This document shows positions 26,801 through 40,100 of a stretch of DNA of 64,000 nucleotides, one piece after another. The stretch lies in assembly GCF_963921235.1 (NCBI RefSeq), contig NC_086108.1, forward strand, positions 32,614,001-32,678,000. The letters are read 5' to 3'. The DNA is from Mobula hypostoma. Taxonomy: Eukaryota. Under the pieces are notes generated by a model, which had not been told where the DNA came from, did no database searches, and saw only the letters and a program-made list of their open reading frames with translations. Position numbers and translations under genes: made by a program. Position 1 is the stretch's first letter. Each line of letters opens with the position of its first letter.

Positions 26801-28020
26801 TAACAAGCCTGATAGAGTTCTTTGAGGAGGTGACCAGGCATATAGATGAGGGTAGTGCAGTGGATGTGATCTATATGGATTTTAGTAAGGCATTTGACAA
26901 GGTTCCACGTGGTAGGCTTATTCAGAAAGTCAGAAGGCATGGGATCCAGGGAAGTTTAGCCAGGTGGATTCAGAATTGGCTTGCCTGCAGAAGGCAGAGG
27001 GTCGTGGTGGAGGGAGTACATTCAGATTGGAGGATTGTGACTAGTGGTGTCTCACAAGGATCTGTTCTGGGACCTCTACTTTTCGTGTTTTTTATTAATG
27101 ACCTGGATGTTGGGGTAGAAGGGTGGGTTGGCAAGTTTGCAGATGACACAAAGGTTGGTGGTGTTGTAGATAGTGTAGAGGATTGTCGAAGATTGCAGAG
27201 AGACATTGATAGGATGCAGAAGTGGGCTGAGAAGTGGCAGATGGAGTTCAACCTGGAGCAGTGTGAGGTGGTACACTTTGGAAGGACAAACTCCAAGGCA
27301 GAGTACAAAGTAAATGGCAGGATACTTGGTAGTGTGGAGGAGCAGAGGGATCTGAGGGTACATGTCCACAGGTCCTTGAAAGTTGTCTGACAGGTAGATA
27401 GGGTAGTTAAGAAAGCTTATGGGGTGTTAGCTTTCATAAGTCGAGGGATAGAGTTTAAGAGTCGTGATGTAATGATGCAGCTCTATAAATCTGCTTAGGC
27501 CACACTTGGAGTATTGTGTCCAGTTCTGGTCACCTCACTATAGGACGGATGTGGAAGCATTGGAAAGGGTACAGAGGAAATTTACCAGGATGCTGCCTGG
27601 TTTAGAAAGTATGCATTATGATCAGAGATTAAGGGAGCTAGGGCTTTACTCTTTGGAGAGAAGGAGGATGAGAGGAGATGTGATAGAGATGTACAAGATA
27701 ATAAGAGGAATAGATAGAGTGGATAGCCAGTGCCTCTGGGCACCACTGCTCCATACAAGAGGACATGGCTTTAAGGTAAGCGGTGGGAAGTTCAAGGGGG
27801 ATATTAGAGGAAGGTTTTTTATTCAGAGAGTGGTTGGTGTGTGGAATGCACTGCCTGAGTTAGTGGTGGAGGCAGATACACTGGTGAAGTTTAAGAGACT
27901 ACTAGACAGGTATATGGAGGAATTTAAGGTGGGGGGTTATATGGGAGGCAGGGTTTGAGGGTCAGCACAACGTCGTGGGCCGAAGGGCCTGTAATGTGCG
28001 GTACTGTTCTATGTATGTTC
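23900..28020 (+). mobile_element. CR1 LINE copy B, near full length, different subfamily, inactivated
   Basis: ORF1 from 24099 (CxxC..CxxC, coiled coil, then esterase), endonuclease, 492-aa RT ORF 25912-27390 with FADD, and a 3' tail; stops and frameshifts present. Confidence 0.95.
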
Positions 28021-28247
28021 TATATGAATCAATTACGTATATTGAATAATTATTTAAAAAAGCAAAAACAGAAATACAGAAAGAGAACTATTTATTTCAA
28101 TAGATTGTATACACACTCTATAGTCACTCACTATTGCAGTGATATACAGCAATACCGAAGCTGTGTACAAAAGGGTTATCAATTCATATGCTTTTTGTGA
28201 ATTTATTCATTCATGGTCTGGGGATCAATTAGCACCTATTGTCTATC

Positions 28248-31158
28248 GATGTGAAAGGTGAGGGGAGTAGAAGTATTACTTTAAATGAATTATAAGTATT
28301 ATATATGAATGCACGGAGTATAAGAAATAAAGTGGATGAGCTTGAGGCTCAGTTGGAAATTGGCAAGTATGATGTTGTGTGAATAACAGAGACATGGCTG
28401 CAAGAGGACCAGGGCTGGGAAATGAGTATACAGGGTATACATCCTATCGAAAGGACAGACAGTTTGGCAGAGTGGGTGGGGTGGCTCTGTTGGTGAGGAA
28501 TGAAATTCAGTCACTTGCGAGGGGGGACATAGAACCAGGAGACGTAGAGTCAGTATGGATAGAACTGAGAAACTGTAAGGGCAAAAAGACCCTAATGGGA
28601 GTTATCTACAGGCCCCCAAACGGTAGCCTGGATATAGGGTGCAAGTTAAATCAAGAGTTAAAATTGGCATGTCGCAACAGTTGTTATAGGGAATTTCAAC
28701 ATGCAGGTAGACTGGGAAAATCAGGTTGGTACTGGACCCCAAGAAAGGGAGTTTGTGGAGAGCCTCAGAGATGGATTCTTAGAGCAGCTTGTATTAGAGC
28801 CTACCAGGGAGAAGGCAATTCTGGACTTAGTGTTATGTAATGAGCCAGATTTGATAAGGGAACTCGAGGTAAAGGAGCCATTAGGAGGTAGTGACCATAA
28901 TATGATAAGCTTTAATCTACAATTTGAGCGGGAGAAGGGAAACTCGGCAGTGTCAGTATTACAGTTGAACAAAGGGGACTATGGACCCATGAGGGAGGAG
29001 CTGGCCAAAGTTGACTGGAAAGAGACCCTAGCAGGGATGACAGTGGAACAACAATGGCACGTATTTCTGGGAATAATACAGAAGGTGCAGGATCAGTTCA
29101 TTCCAAAGAGGAAGAAAGATTCTAAGTGGAGTAAGGGGCGACCGTGGATGACAAGGGAAGTCAAGGACAGCATAAAAATAAAAGAGAGGAAGTATAACAT
29201 AGCAAGGATGAGTGGGAAGCCAGAGGATTTGGGGACTTTTAAGGAGCAACAGAAGATAACTAAAAAAGGCAATACAGTGGGGGTTGGGAGGTGGAGATGA
29301 GATACGAAGGTAAGCTAGCCAAGAATATAAAAGAGGATAGTAAAAGTTTCTTTAGGTATGTGAAGAGGAAATAATTAGTTAAGATCAAAGTTGGGCCCTT
29401 GAAGACAAAAACGGGTGAAATTATTATGAGGAACAAGGAAATGGCAGATGAGCTGAACAGGTACTTTGGATCTGTCTTCACTAGGGAAGACACAAACAAT
29501 CTCCCAGATGTAATAGTGGCCAGAGGACCTGGGTAACGGAGGAACCTAAGGAAATTCGCATTAGGCAGAAAATGGTGTTGGGTAAACTGATGGGACTGGA
29601 GGGTGATAAATCCCAGGGTACTTAAGGAGGTTGCTCTAGAAATCTTGGACACATTGGTAATCATTTTCCAATGTTCTATAGATTCAGGATCAGTTCCTGT
29701 GGATTGGAGAGTAGCTAATGTTATCCCACTTTTTAAGAAAGGAGGGAGAGAGAGAACAGGCAATTATAGAAGAGTTAGTCTGACACCAGTGGTGGGGAAG
29801 ATGCTGGAGTCAATTATAAAAGATGAAATAGCGGCACATTTGGATAACAGTAACAGGATCAGTCCGAGTCAGCATGGATTTACGAAGGGGAAATCATGCT
29901 TGACTAATCTTCTGAAATTTTTGAGGATATAACTATGAAAATGGACATGGGAAAGCCAGTGGATGTAGTGTACCTGGACTTTCAGAAAGCTTTTGATAAG
30001 GTCCCACATAGGAGGTTAGTGGGAAAAATTAGAGCACATGGTATTGGGGGTAGGGTACTGACATGGATAGAAAATTGGTTGGCAGACAGGAAACAAAGAG
30101 CAGGGATCAATGGGTCCTTTTCAGAATGGCAGGCAGTGACTAGTGGGGTACCACAAGGCTCGGTGCTGGGACCGCAGCTATTTACAATGTACATTAATGA
30201 TTTATATGAAGGGATTAAAAGTAACATTAGCAAATTTGCAGATGACACAAAGCTAGGTAACAGTGTGAAATGTGAGAAGAACGTTTTGAGAATACAGGGT
30301 AACTTGGACAGGCTGGGTGAGTGGGCGGATGCATGGCAGATGCAGTTTAATGTAGATAAATGTGAGGTTTTCCACTTTGGTGGCAAGAACAGGAAGGCAG
30401 ATTACTATCTGAATGGTGTCAAGTTAGGAAAAGGGGAAATACAATGAGATCTGGGTGCCCTTGTTCATCAGTCACTGAAAGTAAGCATACAGGTACAGCA
30501 GGCAGTGAAGAAAGCTAATGGCATGTTGGCCTTCATAACAAGGGGAGTTGAGTATAGGAGTAAAGAGGTCCTTCTGCAGTTGTACAAGGCCCTGGTGAGA
30601 CCCCACCTGGATTATTGTGTGCAGTTTTGGTCTCCAAATTTGAGGAAGGACATTCTTGCTTTTGAGGGAGTGCAGCGGAGGTTCACTGGGTTAATTCCAG
30701 GGATGGCTGGAATGTCATATGTTGAAAGATTGGAGCGACTGGGCTTGTATACACTGGAATTTAGAAGGATGAGAGGGGATCTGATTGGAACATATAAGAT
30801 TATTAAGGGATTGGACACGCTAGAGGCAGGAAACTTGTTCCCGATGTTGGGGGAGTCCAGAACCAGAGGCCACAGTTTAAGAATAAGGGGTAGACCATTT
30901 AGAACGGAGTTGAGGAAAAACTTTTTCACACAGAGGGTTGTGGATCTGCGGAATGCTCTGCCTAAGAAGGCAGTGGAGGCCAATTCTCTGGATTCTTTCA
31001 AGAAAGAGTTAGATAGAGCTCTTAAAGATAGCGGAGTCAAGGGATACGGGGAGAAGGCAGGAACAGGGTACTGATTGTGGATGATCAGCCTTGATCACAG
31101 TGAATGGTGGTGCTGGCTCAAAGGGCCGAATGGCCTACTCCTGCACCTATTGTCTATC
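28248..31158 (+). mobile_element. CR1 LINE copy C (same subfamily as A), 5'-truncated, ORF2 broken
   Basis: Endonuclease and RT motifs closely similar to copy A; complete 3' end; 16-bp direct repeat gcacctattgtctatc at both ends. Confidence 0.95.
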
Positions 31159-33470
31159 CCTAATTCCCCCATCATGCTATTTCAGAGAGTAGTTAACAGC
31201 TAAATGTCTTGCAGACACAAGCAGACTAGAGTAAAATTGGCAATTTTCCTTTGCCAAAGGGCATTAATATCCAGTCATTTCATAATCAGTATCATTGATA
31301 AATGTTGTTAAATTTCAGATTTATTCAATTACCTCGAATACTGCAAACTACAACTGCCTTTAGTGGAAATCAACCTTGTACCTTCAGGGCTATAGTCCAG
31401 ATTTCTAAATGTTATCAAGTAAGTTATCAACTATGGTAACATACCAGGATGTGCTATTTCTGAGTTAATTGAAAGCTTAGTTTGCAGTTTAATCAAGGGA
31501 ATAAGATGTTTGTATAAAATTGAATGCTCAAATGAAGAAGGCCTGAAAATCCACAATAGAAAGCAAAATTGCAATACATGTTCACATTTTTATAATAGTG
31601 TTATTAACTCTTTAAAACTTTGGAATGTTTTTGAATGAAACATTCTCCTTTGATGGCATTGGCTAAAATGGGGACATGGCATAACCAGCTGTGAGGTGTT
31701 TCCACCAGTTTTTTTTTTGACAGAGCTTGGAACATAATGGGATAGATATCAAGGAGGCCCCATCATCAACACAAGGCTTCACCACAGTGCTTGTCTGGAA
31801 TTTGTCAAAGGGGACAAGTATGATAGTGTAGTAAAAACAGATCAATTAGCAATTTCCCAAAAGGCATAATGTAGGTGAAAACAGAGTGTGATAAATTTGG
31901 ACAGCTCTTTCAGCATGGAAAATATATAAATGTCTGGGCTGGACATGAGGGCTTTTATTTTAGATAATGTCATTATCTAAGTTAAAACTTCCCTGAACAA
32001 TGAGGTGAGCCTTAACCTTCATTTTCCTCATCACAGGCATACGCCACACTTGTGAAATTGTGACTCCTGCACAGGAAAAATAGGGGGTAGTTTTGTAAAT
32101 CTTCTGCCTGCATTTAGATAGCAACTTTAAAGTTGCAAAACATCTCTAGGTACCACACAAGGTCTGAAGTCAGACTATTTTGGTCTAATTTAGCAAAAAG
32201 GAACCACATTTAAATCCTTATAATCCTGAGCACATAAGTGAAAAAAATTAACTCCTGCCACCGCAAACAATTTGAGCAGGAAGCTATTGCCAAGAAGACT
32301 CAAATTAACAATATTAAATAAGAACCAGGTCAGAAAAGTAGGTGCATAAGATTTAATCTCACTATTTCAATTGTCTTTAAAAGAAGATATCTCAGTGCTT
32401 AACACATTAGCAATATTTACCATTCTTGAACCTTAATACATCCATTTCACAATCCTTGTTGTTTGCTTAATCAGCTGCATCTGTGGATTTCACTGGGTCA
32501 GTATTTACACATTCAATCACCCCCTGAATGAAATTAAACATGAGAACAGAAGCCAAATACGTTTATTCTGCAAGCATACAAACAGAATTGTTTTTAGTTT
32601 ACCCCAATCTTAAAAAATATTCTTAGAATTTTCAAATAATTGAAGGTCTGAATATTATTAGGTAAATATCTCAGAATGTTCTCCACAACACACAAATAAA
32701 TAGTATTATACTATTTTTCAATAAAATCACAGGAAGATTCCTCCAAATACAACAGAAATTTCTAGGATAAAACTGCATTATTTGCCATTAGTTGAGTGAA
32801 GAATATTGGTCAGGGTGTGAGAAGAACCGATCTGTCACGCCTCAGCCTTAAATTTGAGACTTAAGTGTGGCCAACAACACCAAGCTGAGGATTTTGATAC
32901 AAGATTGCTAACTTCCACTTCTGGGATAAAGTACAACTTTTGAAAAGAAGTATGCAAATATTTTCCCATAGTCAGACAAGATCACACTTTTTCACCTCTT
33001 TCGTTTCCAAATTACAAACTCAAAATGGAGTGCAGATCCCTCAGTCACCCACAGCACCGCAGACAACTGGCTATGTCTCAAGGAAATTGTTCAATGACTT
33101 TTAAAATACAAAGTTAGAGTTGTCTGAGCATTTTAAAACAACATTTGATTCACATTTACTTAAACACCCAGCTGTATATCTACAGTTCCTGAATGATAAA
33201 AGGACAATTTTTAAATTAGTCATTATAAAAACCACAAGGAACATTTTGCTCATTGAATGAGCAAAGGCTGTTTCTTGGCAAGATATTCCATTCAATATAA
33301 ACAATAGAACCAGACCTCAGGTTTGTTTCGTTCAAGACATTTGAGTTCTTTCAAAGTATAATCAATAACAAAATTAGTTACAATTCATTTGAAACAATTG
33401 GATGTGAAACAATCTCCATTGTTATTTGGGTGACACAGAAGCCGAACTGAACTCCTCGTTGGACCTCTTA

Positions 33471-33819
33471 CTAATAGAGAAATAGATAAACGCCACAGAG
33501 GGCCACCAGTATGGGCAAGAATTTCAGCAGGATTGGCCAAGAGCCATTTTGCTGACCACTAGGAACCACGCGCGTTTTAGTGGGCTTGATAGTGCGGTGC
33601 CACTGTGTCAAGATGGTTTCCCGGGCTTTTGGCCATTTTCCAGGTCCCATCAATCGAAACTGGTAAGGTGAGCAGGGGCCAAAGAAAACGTGAAATGCCA
33701 ACTGTGGATCACTGAAGAGGAGGTGTTTGATGTTGGGTTTTACACCGATCAGCTCAGCTATCTCATCCATGTAGGGTATGAAATCGACTTGAATGGTGTG
33801 TCTTTGGGAGGTGATGTAT
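33471..33819 (-). CDS. fmo5: FMO last coding exon ([21 protein letters not shown]...[16 protein letters not shown]...membrane anchor, TAG)
   Basis: Acceptor ...gcaaaag| restores the frame; stop codon at 33471-33473; candidate poly(A) signal AATAAA on the minus strand near 32562. Confidence 0.93.
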
Positions 33820-36800
33820 CTTTTGCATGCAAAAAGAAACAGAAGGGAATTATAGACAAAAACAATTCAATGCAAATGTCTGTAGTTGGAAAACAGAAAA
33901 CCGCTGAAAATCATCAATGGTTTAACAGCAACTGCGGAGAGAAACTGCATTACTGTTAACAACCTTTCATCAGAACCTCTCTACTTCGTTTGAAACTTCT
34001 AGCTCTTCAGTTTGGTGAAGAGCTAGAAGTTTCCTTCTATAAGGGGTTCAATTGCAATACTTAAGAGGCATTTGGATATGTACATGGAGGGGTGGAGTTT
34101 GGAGGGTTATGGGGTGAACATGAGAACTGGGACTTGCAGAACTGGAACATGAGGACACTGTGATCAGTATGGACTATTTGGGCTAAAGTGTATATTTGTG
34201 AGCTGTATTACTCTAGGAATCTCTAGACTCTGTTTAACCTTCTCAGTATTTTAAGTACTTTCTGTTTTACAAAACTGGTTTTGCCTTGAATTTACCAAAA
34301 CCAACTCCCTGATAGGCAAATCTCTCACAATGGGGTGCTGTAACAGAGATAGCATCAGTTTCCACTGCAAAAGGCCCCCTCACTACTGCACAAGCTTTGA
34401 CAGAGATTGAGAAGCAAGTGATGTTGTCGTCATGTCCAAGACCAACCCCTGTTCTTATTCAATGTTCTCAGTGCAACTTCAGAATCAAATGAGAAAACAG
34501 ATTTGTCTACTGGCTTAGGATAACACTCAGTAATGCATTTACCCAGCAGAGAAGCTCGCATAGTAATCAATACATTTGTTAACAGTGAGAACGAATTGAC
34601 TCACTCACAACAAGCAGTCAACCCCATCATTATATGAAGTTCATTGTGAGAACATTTTGGGGAAATATAAACAGTGAAATAATGGTCAAAGTCCTATAGG
34701 TCACAGAAAGAGGGATAAAACAGTCTAGTAACAATTTACATTGAGGTCTCACCTGTAATAAAATAAAACACACTAAAAGAATTGGAGAACGGCTTTGCAG
34801 ACAGGGAGTTAATAGGCCAGGCCCTGAGGTACAAGTTAATCCTGATTTTAAAGGCTTATATTTACATTTGATTTTATATTAATCATTTATCTTGAAATAG
34901 TGAAATATTTGCTACATTATTTTAACCTTTCTATGGTTCCATGAAAAATGAAGAATATTGTGAAAGGGTAGATTGAACAAAGTTAGGAAAAGGCCATTGA
35001 GGGTCTCAGAGCAAGGGAACAGTGACCAACATGGTTAACTGAGCATTTACCCGGTATCTTTCTAAGCCTTGCCTTCCACGTACCTGTCCAAGGGATTTTT
35101 GAATGCTGTCAATTTACCTACTTCAATTACTTTTTCTGGCAGTTCATTCCACTATACTGGCCACCCTCTGGGTGAAAGTTATATGCCACGGTATTCCTGT
35201 TGAAAATAACCAATCTCTGTGCTGTCAATTTTGTACAATACAATGTAATACCATATATGGTGACATATATGTAACTTTGATAATAAATTTACTTTGAACT
35301 TTTAATACCTTTTGGCCCTTTTTTCTTTTTTCTCCGATATGTCTGCCATAATGTTGTTAGCACAGGGTAGTTTAGCCGAGCCTACAACACAAAATACAAC
35401 ATTAAAGAATGGGGTTTACCTCATGAATAACTTAAATGTAGTACAGCGCTAAATGTGGAAGGAATTTGTTGCCCTAAGGTCACTGATAATACAGAGCAGT
35501 TTCATGTACAAGTGGCTGGCACCTGACAGAATGGCTTTAGCAGCCAGCAAGGTCCTACAGCACCCAGTTCACCCCCAACTCCTGTGCAGCCACTAAGCTT
35601 GCAGGATGTCCAAACCACCACCGAATTACCTTGTCCTACTTCAATGCACTGTGTAATGATTTGGTTTGTGTCAACAATATGCGAAATGAGCTTTTCATTG
35701 TACCTCAGTACATATGACAATAATAAACCAATTCCAATTTCAACGTCACTGTTTGTGGATGTGTTTCACTGACAATAAAGTACTGAAAAGTTAACATATT
35801 AGAAAGTGTTTAATAATTTTTACCAAGTAACTCACAATTCTTTAAATAATTAAACACATAAATTACCTGAAATAAATCAGAAAAGAAAATTGATAGGCAA
35901 TGTCCTGGCTGCCCAGATCAGAATCTTTCATTCAGTCCCTGTGTTCTCTTTGTCTACTTAATTTTGCCTTGCCTTCTCAAATGTGTAACACTTCATAATT
36001 GGACCCAAACACAGGTAGAAATAATTTCCCCAACACAGAGAGCCCTATGTTCAGAGAATTTTTTTAAAAAAAGATTATGGTTTCCTTATTATCATAGCAA
36101 CCACAACCACATCTATTAATCTGAGAGGTCATCTGAGGAACTGCTCATTATTAGAATCAAATCAGGGCTATTATCACTGACAAAGTCATGAAATGTGTCA
36201 TTTTGTGGCAGCACAAGGCATAAAGAATTACTGTAAATTACAATAAAATAAATAAGCAAGCTGTGCAAAGGAGTTGGTGTTCATGGGCTGTTTAGAAATC
36301 TGATGTCAGAGAGAAAGAAGCAGTTTCTAAAATGTTGAGCGTGGGTCTTCAAGCTCCTGTATCTCTTCCCTGATGATAGAAATGAGAAGAGGACATGTCC
36401 CAGATGTTAAGGATCCATAATGTTGGAGGTTGCTGTCTTGAGGCACCACCTATTGAAGATGTCCTTGATTGTGGGCTGATTTGGAGCTGCCAGAGTCTAC
36501 AACCTCTTTTGATCCTGTGTATTGAAGCCTCCATACAAGGGTCTGATGCAAACATTCACAATATTCTCCAATGTACATTTGTAGAAATTTGTTAAGAGTC
36601 TTTGGTGATATAACAAATCTCCTCATACTCGTAATGAAGTAAAGGTGCTGACATGCCATCCTTGTGACTGCATCAGTATGGTGGGCCCAGGATAGATCCT
36701 CTGAGATGTTGATGCTCACCTATTCCACCACTGATCCCACAGTAAGAATTGTGTGCTCCCCTGACGACCCTTCCTGAAGTGCACAATCAATTCAAGTTCA

Positions 36801-37135
36801 AGTCGCTTTTATTGCCATTTCAACCATAACTGCTGGTACAGTACACAGTAAAAACGAAACAACGTTCCTCCAGGACCATGGTGCCACATGAAACAACACA
36901 AAACTACACTAGACTACGTGAAACAACACAAAACTACATTAGACTTCAGACCTACACGGGACTACATAAAGTGCACAAAACAGTGCAAGACAGTACAATA
37001 ATAAATAAGACAATAGGCACAGTGAAGGACAAATTACAATATAATAATAAATGATGTAAATGTAAACAATTTGTTTTAGCAGGAATTGAGAAAGAAATAG
37101 AAAAAATTGCAAAGGGAGTGGAGTGGTGTTCATTT

Positions 37136-37172
<37 letters not shown>

Positions 37173-40100
37173 AGGGGGGTGGGGGGGTTGGTGTCAGACT
37201 AATAGATGCTGGGAATTGAGGAGTCTAATGGCTTGGGGGAAGAAACTGGTCGTGAAAGCCCAGATGGCAGGAGGGAGAAGAGTTCGTATGAGGGGTACAT
37301 GGAGTCCTTCACAACGCTGTCAGCTTTGCGGATGGAGCGTGTGGTGTAAATGTCTGTAATGGTGGGAAGAGAGACCCCGATGATCCCTTCAGCTGACCTC
37401 ACTATCCGCTCCAGGGTCTTCCTTGGTATTGCTGATGTTGAGTGCAAGATTGTCGTTGCAACTCTAACCAGACCATCTCTCTTGCTGCTGCACGCCTCCT
37501 CGTCACCACCTGAGATTCTGGAACAAGTGGTGCCCTCGATGAACTTATAGATGGCATTTAAGCCGCACCTAGCCATTCAGCCCTGAGTGTAGAGCGAGTA
37601 GAGCTGTGGGCTAAGCACACCTGTAGTAACTGTCGGAAAGGAGGAGATATTATTACTGATCTGCACTGTCTGTGGTCATCTGGTGAAGAAGTCAAGAATT
37701 CAGTTGCAGTACATAAGCCTAAGATTTGAAGCCAGTTGAATTGTACTGATTGAATGATGGTGTAGAATGCCAAGCTGTAGTTAATAAACATCAGCCTTAA
37801 TGCAGGTATTGCTGTTGTCCAGGTGGTCCAAAGCTGAGTGGACAAACAGTGAGATTGCATTTACAGTCGACCTTTTGTGGCAATAGGCAAATTGCATTGT
37901 GTTCAGATCCTTGCTCGGTCAGCAATTAACTTCAGCCATGACCAACCTCTCAAAGCACATCATCACCGTGGATGTGAGTGCTACTGGTCGATAGTCACTG
38001 AGGCAGCTTACCCTGCTCTTCTTGGGCACCGTATGACTGATGCCCTTTTGAAGTAGGTGGAAACCTTCGAGATCAGCAATAAAATATCCAAAGGAACAAC
38101 AACCAAAGGAAAATACATATAATGCATGTTATCAATGGAAAATACATACAATGCTTGTTATTGTTATTTTCAAAAATTGCCTGAATACCTTTAAACACCC
38201 TTGTAGCCCAACGCGCCTGCATTTCAGATACTGGTATAATGGATCCTAATGCCTGGATAAGACCAATGATGGCTAGTGTGGGCTTCTCCAGCTGAGGTGG
38301 AAAGACATTCTTATAAAGAGTGGCATGATTTCTGTTAACTTTGATGACAGACTCATTCAGAAATGGGAAAGCAAAACTGTATCCTGTTGCAAAAATAACC
38401 ACATCGATATCTTCCACTGTACCATCTTCAAAGATGGCTGCTGATTCAGTTAACTGCTTCACATTAGGTTTCACAAGAACACGTCCGGATAAAATGCGAT
38501 TTGGCAAATCATCATTAACTGCTGGATGTTGGCTGTACAAACTGAAAAACAAACAGAGATAACATCCCATCTGCACTGATGTTAGGACATTAAGGTTAAT
38601 CTTTCAGAATTGACGCAGATGGTTGATACAACAAATTCAGCGCAAGATAATCAAAAGCAAAGAGATTTTATTATTGGACCATATTGGGAAGGTGAGTCCT
38701 TTCATGGGATTCTCCCAATTGGTGAAAACTAGTAGCGGATAGAGCATGGGGATAATGCAACAGTGACAGAAGTGTGGAAGTTGATATAGTATAGACTAGA
38801 GATGGAGATAGAGATAGACTATACACTCTCATAGATGATCAGCAGTGGAGAATAACCATTTTAGGCAAGTACTGCATTGATCTGGTAAAAGAGAAAACTC
38901 TTACAAAATAGAAGCATATAAATAAGTAACTATGTCCACAAGGTCGAGTTAATGCTTCACCTGTATGGAAAGTAAGTTGAGACTGATCAGAATCAAGGGA
39001 AAGGTAATGCTAAGATGTGCAGCAGTGAAGTAGATAGGAAAAAAAAAGGAAAGTTAGCTTGGGTTCTCATGGCATAGAAATTGAGCACATGTGTGAGTAT
39101 TGGCTTGGTCTTCGCTCAATGTTCCAATGATCCTTGCTTCTGGATGACATTCAGCATGTGGGTTAGTTTGCTCCGATATGGAACAAATATATTCTATAGA
39201 ATTGGGAAATTAAGTAGGGAAGAATAAGTAAGATGAAAGCCATTGTCACAATGAGCTGGTCACTGAAAAATTGCAAACTTCTGCCTACTCGCAGTTAAAA
39301 ATAAGAGCTTATCATTACAACCTACAGCAATTTCATGATCCAAACTCAAATGTTGCAGATGCCGAAAAGTCTGAAATAAAATAGAAAATGCTCAGCAGCT
39401 CCAGCAGCAAATGTGGAGAAAGAAACAGAGTTAAATCTGCATATGCTGGAAATCAAAGCAACACACACAAAATGCCGACAGAACTCAGCAGGCCAGGCAG
39501 CATCTATGGAAAAGAGTAAACTGTCGACATTTTGGGCCAAAACATCAGGTCTCGTCTTTCAGGTCAATGACTGGTCATCAGTTCATGGGAATTCCTTCTG
39601 CTGGAGATAACCAGTTGAAGGGAACGCAACTTAAAAGCAACATTAGACCATTAAAGAGAAAACCCAGAGAGTTGTTCAAGAGTTGAACCATCTCCTATAA
39701 AATAGAGCAGAAGACAGATTAATTTGAGATTGACTGACATTTGGCCAGAAAAAGATTTACAAATACACAGAGCAGATTTGAAATATCTACTCCTCAGCTT
39801 TTTTTCTCCAGTCCTGACGAAGGGTTTAGGTCCGAAACGTCGACTGTACATTTTTCTATAGATGCTGCCCGGCCTGCCAAGTTCCTGCAGCATTTTGTGT
39901 GTGTTACTTGAAATAGTATCTCTTGTTTCTCACTCTTCACAGATGCTGGCTGATATTGTGATTATGTCCAACATTTTCTATTTTATTTGTAATTCTATAG
40001 CATTTGAAGCATTCCCAAATGCTTCAAATGAGAATGAAAAAAAATGTGACATTAAAGCACATTTGAATAGGACAAGGACAAAGTGAGGTTTCTAAGAGCA

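Noticed and set aside
20061..31040. Long minus-strand ORFs opposite the CR1 elements
   Set aside because: These are antisense shadows of CR1 coding sequence.
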